From the NCBI GenBank assembly GCA_000165345.1, contig CM000435.1, positions 1,024,001 to 1,088,000 on the forward strand: a stretch of DNA of 64,000 nt, written 5' to 3'. Below the pieces are notes generated by a model. That model was not told the origin of the DNA, did not search any database, and saw nothing but the letters and a program-made list of their open reading frames with translations. The translations under genes and the position numbers were made by a program. Below are positions 11,561 to 23,100 of this stretch, piece by piece. How positions within the stretch are numbered: the stretch's first letter is position 1; every line of letters begins with the position of its first letter.

Positions 11561-12346
11561 TTTTATTTAACTCTAATCACTAAACCTATATATGGTGAAA
11601 AAAAAGAAGGTATTTTGTGGTTCATTTAGCTCAAAATACGCATGCATGTACGCATGCAATTTTGTTATATACAACGGTACTTAGTCAAGAAATTAGGAAA
11701 GGTATTTTGGAAAAAAAAATACAGGTAATGGAAAGTGTATTATTCCTTGATACAGTTGATATTATTATTAATATTATTATTATTATGATATGCAGAATAT
11801 ATAATTAGGGAAAGTTTTTTTCTAATCTATAATTGATTTTCAATCGTTTATTTGTTTGCTAACATTTTTTTTCCTATTATAATTAAAATCGATAAATATT
11901 AATTTAGTGATATTTATATTCAGGTTTAGAATGAAATTTTTGTTCAGAGCCAACTGATTTAATTCAAGAAAATTTAGGAATTTTCCTTTTTATAGAGTAA
12001 TTTCTAGATCCAACAGCTATTGAGTTTAGGAGGGAAAATTCTTAATTAAGAAGAAATATAAAAACTACCAAATTTTGTATTACCTTATTTTCTCATATTT
12101 TGGTGTTATTAATTGATAATTTATATTAAATAGTATGTAAGCTTTCCGATTTTAGCTGATTTTCTCCTATTTCCTTTTCATTTTGAAATAATAATTAATA
12201 GATGAAAATACCTTTTATAGAGGGGTGGTGCTACACTCGATTGTGTCTCCCCCCAGATAAGTGGAAAAATCCGCACTTAATATATGTAAAGCAAAAGATT
12301 TTGAGATTAACTTATTTTTGAATTATTGATAAAAGAAAAACAAAAC

Positions 12347-12793
12347 ATGGGTAACTTGAAATCCTGTTGTTCTTTTGCCGATGAACACTCCCTAACCTCT
12401 ACTCAACTAGTAGTTGGAAATGGTTCAGGAGCTTCAGAAACTGCTTCCAACCACCCCCAAGAAGAAGTTAATGATATCAATACTTTTAATGTAAAGTTAA
12501 TAATGCAAGATAGAAGTAAGCTTGACTGCGAGGTAGTATTTGATAGCACAAGTATTTCGCTTTCTGGAGATGGAAAATGCAGAAATATTGCTTTGGATGA
12601 AATCCACCAATTATTATATTCAAAGGAAGAGCTTTCTAGAGTTGAAAGTAGTGCTGGAATCAGCGATTCCGACAATTGTGTTGCAATTCATCTCAAAGAA
12701 TCAGGAAACTGTATTCCCCTTTTCTTTAATAATTCGCAAGACAAAGAAAGATTTGTTGCAACAGCAAACAAATTCAAACCAAACTTTAACTAA
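12347..12793 (+). CDS. Small protein of about 148 aa with an N-terminal MGNLKSCCS motif predicted to be dually acylated. It resembles the apicomplexan ISP (IMC sub-compartment protein) family.
   Basis: The tracked ORF starts at a TTG at 12326. The first ATG, at 12347, gives MGNLKSCCSFADEH. Gly2 sits in an N-myristoylation context and is followed by a Cys-Cys palmitoylation pair. The size matches ISP proteins, which are about 150-170 aa and start MGNxxCC. Confidence 0.5.
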   Translation: MGNLKSCCSFADEHSLTSTQLVVGNGSGASETASNHPQEEVNDINTFNVKLIMQDRSKLDCEVVFDSTSISLSGDGKCRNIALDEIHQLLYSKEELSRVESSAGISDSDNCVAIHLKESGNCIPLFFNNSQDKERFVATANKFKPNFN

Positions 12794-13409
12794 AACAGGA
12801 ATTTCATTAATTCTGGATTTGTTTTTTCCAAACCCTATAAATAAAATCCAAATAGCTTTTCTTCAATACCAGGGAGAGAATTAATAAAATATTTTTGATT
12901 TTTTCTGACTACTTCCAGAACTTTTTTTTTCTATTGTGGAAAGGAACTTGAAGAATTAATTTACACTATGAAGTTTCCCATCATTTTCATCAAAGATGAT
13001 GATTCTTTTGGGGAACCGAATAGTCAAGGGGAACCGGTTATAATTGATAAAGTTTGCCCCTACTGAATATGTATTAAGTGAATTTTTTGGAGCTGAATAT
13101 TCCTGATAATTTTTAGAAAAAGTTATATAAGGAAATTCTATAATTCTGAAAAATACAAAAATCGAATAATAATGCTTTGTAATCTTAATATTTCTAGACA
13201 GACAGCTAGCTTTGTAAAGTCTCTTTCATATGGAGATTTTATTTATTATCTACTTTTTAAGATATTCTATTCATTTCCTATCCGTATTTCTTTTTTTTAT
13301 ATATCTACAAATAATTCTCCCTAATATCTTCGAGAATTCTCGATTTTTTATAGTTGGAAAATTTTTTTGCCGGAGATAACAATCATATCTATTTTCTCTT
13401 CTTTTTTTT

Positions 13410-13718
13410 TTATCTTAGTCCGCCTCTAAGTTGTAGAACCATATGTATCGTGCATCCAGCTGTTACTTTATAGTCCAAAAGTCTTAAATCGTCTGACATT
13501 TGCTTTCCAGAATAAATCAAACGAATTTGTTTTACATCAATTCCTTCTTTTTCTTGAAGTGCTTGTTTGACCTATTCAAATAAGTAAACAAATTGTTAAT
13601 TTTTTCATTTACGAAATTTCATATTTGTTAGTATATTTCTTACCTGTAAAACCGTATTTTCAGGCTCAAAGTTGAAGTTTTGTTTTTTACCTGTTAAGGT
13701 TTTGACTAGAATTTGCAT
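13410..13718 (-). CDS. NEDD8: NEDD8-like ubiquitin-like modifier with two exons: exon 1 at 13644..13718 and exon 2 at 13410..13571. A 72-nt GT-AG intron spans 13572..13643. This gene is absent from the ORF track.
   Basis: Exon 1 encodes MQILVKTLTGKKQNFNFEPENTVLQ, and exon 2 encodes VKQALQEKEGIDVKQIRLIYSGKQMSDDLRLLDYKVTAGCTIHMVLQLRGG followed by LR and a stop. The core is exactly 76 aa and ends in GG with a 2-aa propeptide. It carries the NEDD8 hallmark RLIYSGKQM(N/S)D. The donor is CAG|GTAAGA, the acceptor is TTGAATAG|GTC, and the intron contains a TACTAAC branch-like motif. The intron is phase 0. Confidence 0.75.
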
Positions 13719-14166
13719 TAATAATAAATGTGTGTGTTCTTCAAAGACAGTTCAAATTCTAAAATTTAACTATTTATCTCAGTTATTCATTTTCATTCGA
13801 TTTCTATAATTCTTGAAATCTCCTGAATTGTTTCATTTTTTAACCGGGTACACCCAGTCCAGTACAAATGCCCCCCAACATATTTATAACTCTTTTGGCC
13901 ACTAAAATTCAAATAATAAAAAATTTCAATTTACACACAATGTTATAAAAACTAAGAATTAGAATTAATATAGAGGAAACAAAAATATTACATAAAACTT
14001 GAAATATTATATTAATACAGATTCATATTTAACTTATGTATATGTTATTGACCAATTAATTGAGTTACCCTTTGTTTTGCAAAGTACACAAGTGTGTTTT
14101 AATAATTATTATTAGTTAATTTGAGGAATCGAGCTTTTACCTTAAAACCTACAAATTGAAGTGTTT

Positions 14167-17100
14167 CTATAAAAGAACCCCTTTTTGTCTCAGTCCTTTT
14201 CCTTCTGAAGCTGTTTTTTCTCCTTTATAGTTTTTCCTTCCTTTAAACTTAGTGAGTTCTAAACTTGGTTTATCGTGAATTCCTTGTCCAGAAAGTGTAT
14301 GAGAGATATGTTTACTCCCTTTGCTATATCTTTTTTCGGATGGAGACTGAATTTTTGAAAGAAAAGAGCTTTCTTGATTGCTCATCTTTTCTAATTCTGA
14401 TGCAGGACTTGCAGTTTCAATATCACACAAATTATTCTTTCTTTTAACATCTAAAATTGCTAAAGTTTGTTTTTTTACCTCTGTATTTTGGTCATCCTCA
14501 AGGTTTTTCTTCCACTTGTACCTTCTGAACCAGAATAGTATCGCTAAAATTAGCATTCCCAATATTAAGGGAGCGAATAAAATTGCATATAAAGCAGGCC
14601 CAGAAAGTCCTTTACTTTCTGATAGTTTCATTACTTGCTTCGGAACACATTCTATGATAGAAAATATGTTTGTTTCTGACTCTGAGTCCATTTCATCTTG
14701 TTCTTTAAAATTTGATCTATAAAATGAGATAGAGGGAATTTTTGGAAGTGATCCGTGAGATAGTGGTAGATTCAAACTTTCACTATATGTTATTCCATAA
14801 ACCGTTTTAAGTATTAGATTATGAATAAAGTCCATGTCATTACTTTTTGAAATAGTTACAGTATCTCCAGGTATATTATAAAAGTTCCCATTGTTACATG
14901 CCAATAGTATAGGCTCAATCTTTGCTTCATATCCTCTTGAACAAGTTACTTTAAAAACTTTCCAATCTTCACCCTTACTACTAGAAAGATCAAATAGCTC
15001 CTCAACCATGAATTTTTCAGTTCCAAGTACATTAGAAAGGAAACTTGTTCTGCAGTATTTAAGTGAAGCTTCTGCTCCTTTTACACAATTGAACCTTTCT
15101 TCAGAGTTTGATTCCCATTTTCCATTTATACATTGGAAAGTTTCAGAGTCTATTTCTGGATTGTCAGAAACATATCCAGCAGAACAAGAGATTGATCTGG
15201 TGGAACCATGATCATTTCCCACCCCACTTATAATAAATTGACTAAAAGACGAGGGAGAATTTATTTGGTTTTGATAGGGATTTAAGCTTGAATACATATC
15301 TCCACTATAACCAATATTTGTATAAAGCTGTTTTTGATTTGTGTTTGAATTATATATATATTTATTATTGTTTTTATCATCCAAATTACTCTGACCTAAA
15401 TCAGGAAGAGAAAAAGATAAAAGATTGAAAGGTTTGCATGCTTTCTTACAAAGTATTTTTGCTTCATGCTGAGTAATCCTCCATCTCCCATTATCACAAA
15501 TAAAAGGTTGAGAGGCAGGAGAAGGTGAAACTGGGTGATAATTGTAGGAACAAGCCACATTTCTAAAAGCACCTTGTTTGAGAGAGTTATCTCCATTAAT
15601 TTCATACCCTTCTTCCTGATCCTCTATTCCGAGAATTCCCAAGGATGGTTTTGGACAATTTGGAAAATCTAACTGGTTGCTTAGTGAATCCATATCAAAA
15701 GTTCCAACATATGGTGGAGGAGGAGAAATCGAAGTTGATAAAGATCTTGAATGAGAAATTGTTGATTTACTTACTTTGATTCCAAAATCTCTATCAAGAG
15801 AATCTATTTTATTCAATTCATTCGCCAACTGTTCCAATCCTTCTTCTAAAGTCATTAAAACAGTTCTAGAAGACAGTCCTGAGTCTATTAAAACTTCTAC
15901 TACATAGCTCCCAGGCCAAGCTCTGATTCTTGGGATATCAGAAATAGGAATACTCAAGAAACTACTTACTGTCTCACGAATGCTGTTTCTCAATATTTCT
16001 TCTTGAATTGAGTTTGATATTTCAAAGTAATTCAAATCCTTATAAATGAATTCTAAAATTATAAGATCAGTTTTTACTCCAGAACTACAAACTCTATCCA
16101 TGCTGAATCCACATCTTTGTTCCAAATAATCCACACTCCTTTCGCTATTCAGCTTTGGATTATCATTTTCTATCCCTAGAATTCCTCTTTGAATCTCTAA
16201 TTGTGCTGCAAAACAACATCCTCTGTTATTTAATTGATCTAATAATTTCTTCTTACAGTGTGGAGAACACCCAAAGTTTATATGGTAAGGACTACAAATA
16301 TCTTTTTGAGAAATATTTCCAAAGATTGAAGCTCTAAAGGAATCCCACCAGTCTGAACTGTTTTTTATTCCTCCAAATAGAAACTGTCCACAGAATCTAT
16401 TATTCACAGCTTCCTGGCAGAAATACCTTCCGAAAGATCTATATAATAATCCAGCTTGTCTCATTCTCAAGTTATTTGTCTCATTTCCTACTTCTAGTAA
16501 AAGTTGTCCAAAGATTCTAGTCCCAAAGAAAAGACATGAATCCTCTGGAAGATTACGAATACACATATTCATTAAGTTCTGCTTCTTTTTTGTGTCTTTT
16601 TCACTCTCCTTTTCTTTTTCATCTTTTTCTTGTATTAAGGAAAGAAGCCAATTCACTGAAGATCTGTCTGAAGCTATCATTTCTGAAACTGAATTAATAC
16701 ATGAATACTTTTCTTTTGGGTTAGAAAGACCTTTAACACTCAAACAAAGAAGATTTAATGATTTTTCACTTTGTGAAAGTATTATTTGTTTCCAGAAGCC
16801 CTCATTTATATTAGATACCCCATATAAATGATCATCTTTTGACATTTGGTATATAGAATTCTGTCTTCTAACAAAAGATCCTTCTGTTTTTTGATCTATA
16901 TCTTCGTTTTTATTCTGACCTGTAATTTTTGAAAGGTGAGATAAAGCATGTATGAGTCTTAAATTCCTTCTATGACAACTATCCTTTTTGCAAATCTCCT
17001 TTAAAGTTTTTGTTTGACCCAGAAGAAGAGAAGGTTCGTTGACAATCATCAATGTTTCATGAAAGGAGAAGGAACAAACATCTTTAAGGTCCGAAGATTG

Positions 17101-20100
17101 GCATAAATGATACTCTATAATATTTGAGATTGAATTTGCTGCGACACATTCCATTGAAAGCATATTATACTCAAGATTCCGATCCTCTATCGTAAGATCT
17201 GAAGCTTCTTTCTTATATTCATTGAGAGATTCTTTAAGTAAACTCATACATTTTCCTTTACAGAAAGTTTTAATAGTTGTATCTCTTCCTTGTCTATACA
17301 TGGTTCCACATTCCCCACCCCAAACTTCTGAGAATCTTCTAATAAGCTTACAACATTTTCCCGAGTTTTGTTGGCAATTAGCAAAATTTTCCAAAGGGAA
17401 ATTGAGAATATCCTCCTCTATCATATTAGTTGCTTGGGAAACCTTCAAAAGTCCATTTCTTCCACATGGAAGAGATTTAACAGATTCTCTATTTACCCAT
17501 TCTCCATCATTACATGTAAGAGTGACTGAGGCTTCCCTAGAGGAACATCCCACGACTAATTTAGATCCATGATTTGGAACCTCTTCCCTTAGAGAATTTC
17601 CTGAGAGAATATACTTTCCTGAGCTTTCTAATCTGAAAATAAACTCTGGATCACAGGAATTACACTTTCTACAAGAAGAACCTCCACAATCAATTCCTGT
17701 CTCATCTCCATTCTTAATCCCATCATTGCATGAAGAACAATGGTTTTCACAGCTTCCTCCACAATCAACTCCCCATTCATCTCCATTTTGGATTGAATCT
17801 TCACAGCTTGGAGCTGCACATTTAAGACTCATCCTTTCATCTGGGCCAGGAAGAGACCACTTACCATCATTACAAGCCAAGATCTGAAGTTTTGACTTAA
17901 GACTTTCATCTTGTTCCCAACCTGGAATACACCTTATATGTAATTCACTCCCAGAAGCAATTGCCATATTATCTATCAAAAGAGACTCTTTTTGAATATC
18001 CTCAATATAACTAAATCCTCCATCAACACTTAACATTGTTCCTTCTGGAAGTTTACTCAAGGGAAATCCATGACAAGGCTCACAAGTTGGACATTGACTT
18101 CCTCCACAGTCAATTCCTGTCTCATCTCCATTCTTAATCCCATCGTTACATTTGGGACAGTTTTTTGTTCCACAAGAACCTCCACAATCGATTGAGGTTT
18201 CATCTCCATTTAGAACTCCATCAAAACAGGTATCGGGACATTTCTTCTCGCAAACCCCTCCACAATCCACTCCAAATTCTCCCTGATTCTGGATTCCATC
18301 AAAACAGCTTGGTCTTTCACAAATCAATGTCGGAACCTGGAAAACACCATTATAACATTTCAAAGAATCTCTAAGTGGACCTGTTTTCCTAACATATCCT
18401 TTTTTACATCTAATCTTCACTGAATCTCCATGAACAAGCGTTCTTCTTCCTTCTCCAATATTTAAGATTTCAAAAAACTCTCTCAAAGGTTCTAGATCTT
18501 CTAAATTACAGTTTGAAAAGCAGTCGATACTTGGAATCGAAGGTTTCCACTCCCCATTCTTACAAACTATTGTTTCTTCAATATCAGAATTCCCAGGCTT
18601 TGTACAAGCTACAATACGTATATCTCCAGTATCGGCAGAGAAATCTGAATTATTTTGACTTCTAATTAGATATCTAGCTGGAAGTTTTAAAGTAGAGCAT
18701 TTTGATGCACAAATTAATACATTATCAAAGATCCACTCTCCATTAGTACAGCTTGCAGTCTGGTGAAGCTCTCCTCCTTGAATTAAGGTTCCTTGATCAG
18801 AACAGGAAATCACTAATCTCGTTCCGTGAACATACATTCCCTTCCTTTTAACTGATCCAAGCTCATTATTAATTGAATAAGCCTTGCCAAGAACTTGTTC
18901 TGGAGGTTCACAATGATTCATACAAATAGTTTTTGGAATTCCCCAAACTCCATTCAAACATTCGACTATATCATTGGTTCTAGTTCCAATTTGGACTGAC
19001 CCAAAATCCCTTTCACAAGAAATCCTAACCTTAGACCCAGGAAGGCCTCTTTCTAATGCAAGATTCTCAATTTTATAGGCTTTGTTTGAGAAAATCTCCA
19101 TATCTTTGCATTTTCTTTCACAACTAAGTTCATCAGGAAGAGAATTGGAGGTAAGTACATTTGTTGGAGACAAATCTTTGTCCAAAGCAAACCAGGAACC
19201 GTCATAACATCCAAATATAGTTTCCCCAAACTGTCCCATGGGACTCCAATTCTCTGAACATTTAATCCTCGCCATAGATCCATGTTTAAGATATCCAAAG
19301 CTTATTTCTTCACTGTAATCAATGACTAAAGACTTCTCTGAACTCACAGTAGATTCAGATATGGGAATGCATTTCTTGAAACATTTGTATTGATTCTCTG
19401 ATTCCCAACGTCCTTCACTACAAGTAATTTTGAATTCATTGTTTTCTCGATCAATTTTCATTTTCTCATCAGGATATTGAATCAACTTATCTGAATTTTT
19501 ACTACAAGAAATAGTAATTTCAGATCCTGGAGTATGTTTAACTCTGTCTTTTTCGTATTTAAAGACATAGTTTTCATTAGGGAGAGAATAAGGAGGACAA
19601 GATGTCCCACAAATTAATGTCAAAGCACTCCAGACTCCATCTTTACATGTAATCACTTCTGAGCCTTCTGTTCCAACACATTTAACTAAAAGTTTAGAAC
19701 CATTCAAATACTCTGATTCATGATCTTCAGATTCAGAGGAGGGATTTCCAGAGGCAGAATTACTTTGAATGATATAGTTCTGGCTAGAAGAAGAGGAAAT
19801 TGGGTAAGGCTTACATTTTTGGTAACAATGAATTCTTTTGATTACCTCCCATTTACCTCTGACACATCCAAAGCTTCCCACTTCCTCTGTCTCATCTTTC
19901 TTTTCATCTGAATCTTCTTGGTCTCTCTCTTGATCATGAGAAAAACTCTCCAACTCTAAAACTTTCTTTGTAGAAAAGCCTGAACTACACTTAAGTTTTG
20001 CATTAGTTCCTGGAGGAAATAATATTTGATCCGAGGATCCTCTATCGCTTCTTGGAGAATGACTATATTCTAATTGATACCTTGTGATATCATTGTGTTC

Positions 20101-23100
20101 ATAGAAAGACAAAAGATCTAATTCCTTACAGGATTCTCCACTAGTAGTAAAGAATAATTGATTTGGTCCTACATTTCCCCAAGGTTGGTAAGTCAAATCT
20201 GTCAAAGCTCCGAGTTCAGCTGTGATATCATAAACCTCTCCTTCCACCAAATTCTCGTATGGTCTTAGGATTACATCTGATGTCTGATTGGAAATGATAG
20301 AAATTCCTCTATTTTTAGCCTCAAAATCTGTTGGAATATGAATTAAATGGCCAGTTGTTCGTCCTGTAATATTGAACCAGGCCCAATGACCATAGTTCAT
20401 TGCTCTATTAAAGGTAAGCTTAATTTCTGTGTTGTTTGGGGAAACATCTACACTTCCTAATGGAGGATGTATTGCAATCAATGATGGAGGTGACTTTTCT
20501 GGAAAGCTTCTGCAGATAATAGAAATATCTCCATGTTCAATCCATTCTGGTTCTTCCTCTGGGTTAATGGAAACCCACTTTTTCCACTTTGTACTCTTAC
20601 CATCTGGAGGGATATGATTATTTGGCTCTGGTAGAACTGATTCAGCAAAAGAAAGTATATCGCTACTATCTAGATCTCTATCAATTACCCAAGTCCCATT
20701 CTTAGACTCAGAATCCAAAATTGAGTAGTAAATATAAAACTGTTTTCTCTCACCTCCATTCCAAACAGCCTTTCCATTCTTAGGAGCTTTCCATGGCATA
20801 TACAATCCATTAACATTTCCATTGTTTGTACTAAATCCTGTTAAGTACATATAAGGACAAGAAGCGTTTCTACTAATAGTAAATGTCCAGAAAGGAATTC
20901 CATCATTAGGATTTCCATGTAGATCTGAAATTGCACCAGCTTCTAATCCAACTACATAGTTATCTTCAGGAAGAGGAGTCCTGGAATCAAAACTAACCAC
21001 TATTTTCTGATCTCTAACATCAGCCGTATAAAGTACTGGAGCAGTAAATGGAGCTGAATTAGATCCAGAACTAGATCCTTGATTTTTACTTTTGTTCCAC
21101 CAAGTCCACCTGGTAGACTCTGAGTTTCTTGTTTTCTCCTCATTATTCATTACAGGTAATTGTTGGTGGTGATTGTTTGATCTAGACTCTTTTTGAGGCG
21201 GAGAAATAGGAATCTCCAGTGGTCTTGTTCTATAGTATACATTACTTGAGATTACAAGCCTTCTAGGCTGCCAATTCTTTGGATATTCTATATTTTCATT
21301 GAATCTAATAACTAACTGCTTAACAGGAGGAATGAGGGTAGAATGGTTTAAAGGAAAGAATCCTGTTGGATACGGAAGAAGTTGGTCATTCAGACACTTA
21401 TGTTCCGTACAAACTTGTCCTGGTTTGCAATCTTTGTCAGTATTGCACTCTCCAACATTCAAAAGTCCAAGATCAGTATCAAAATCTTCTGCTGAATCAC
21501 ATGGGATCCCATTTCCATCTCTGTCTACTCCACTACATCCACAAAGTCGATTAACTCCAAGAATTGCATTCGTTCCAAGGTTTATTGCACAGTTATTACT
21601 CTTTGGAAGGTTTGGATCTCCTCCTTGAGATTCCTCACTCTGAACAATACATGGGAGTCCCATTCCTCCAGGACCAGTATTTTCCATTTGAGCTTGAACT
21701 TTTTGATAATAATCAGGATCCAGAGCCACATTAGCTCCACATTTAACATAAGGAGCAGTTTGTATAACTCTATACATCTCTCCTCCAATGAATTGTCCAA
21801 TATTTGCAATAGTACAACTCTGTCTTGATAAACATTGCATTGTTCCAAGTCCAATCTGAGCAACACTTGGGAGAACTCCCTGACATTGATTGGTATCCAA
21901 GTTACAGGATGCCAAAGCATTGTGCATGCAATGAGTATTATCAGTACATTCCACAACTCTTACTTGAGCTACTGGAAAGTAGAATTCAGCTGGATCATCA
22001 CAAGGCATTCCCACTGATGCGAAATCTGGACATCCACATAACAACATTGTGTTTGAATTAATCTCACTTCTATTGTATCTTCTTCCTACTCCAAACTGAA
22101 TTTCGCAATCAAAAGGATTACCTCCTTCACAATTCCATTGATTTTGGGAATTAAACATTGATTCTTCTCTTCCCAATATTCTAACTCCACATCCCATCAT
22201 AGGACTTGCTGCTACCTTATATCTAGAAGTTATTTGTTCTCCTAGAATCTTCCCTTTAACTTTACAATCATATCCATCAACACAAAGAATCAAAGGAGGT
22301 TCATATGGATTATTACCAAAGCCTCCATAACAAGTCTTTGGGTTTCCATAACATAATCCATATCCATTAACACAACTAGCACAAGGATCTACCTTTTGAA
22401 GTCTTCTAATTTCAGCTCTTTCTTTGTTCAAAGTGTAATTTTGAGAATTCATAGTCTCTTCCCTTAATTTCTGGTCAGGATCAGTTTTCTGGATTCCTCT
22501 ATGATAAACAACGTTGCCGAGATAAATGTTGTAATCCGAAGAATTAGTACAGCTAGAGTTTTTTGTAATAGTACATCCACATAAAGTAGTAATTTGTGGC
22601 TTTGGCGATAAACTATTAATGTAACATTCAGTTCCATCATTATAAGAAGTACATTTATGAATGTAAATTAGTTCATTTTCGTCCAAATTTCTTCCACAGG
22701 TATTTGAAGCCGAATTATTGATTTCCATAACTCTTGAATTTTCCGATAATCCAAATCCTTGGATTCCTGAAATAGTACAAGGGACATTAGCAGTACAAAT
22801 CTTGGGGTTTTCATTCTTGAATGAAATTTCCTGGCTCAAAAGTTGCCTTTTTATTGTAAGTTTTTGTTTTAAGGATTTCTCCAATAGGTTTTGGGACTCT
22901 TTAAATCCTATAACTAGTAGATTACCAGTAGGAACTTTAAAATCTAAGCGTTTTGAGGGAAGAGTGGTTTCCTTTGGAAATGGAGATCCACATAACTTGT
23001 ACCTGCCTAACTCTAAAACATCAGTAGGAATTCGTAAATTACATGTGTTTTCTGATGTTACAATACATTCATATTTATATAAACTTCTTCCTGAACACTC

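Noticed and set aside
12403-12884. ORFs 12403..12675 (minus strand) and 12540..12884 (plus strand) overlapping the ISP-like gene
   Set aside because: They overlap a gene that has a clear acylation-motif N-terminus in another frame. They have no independent support.
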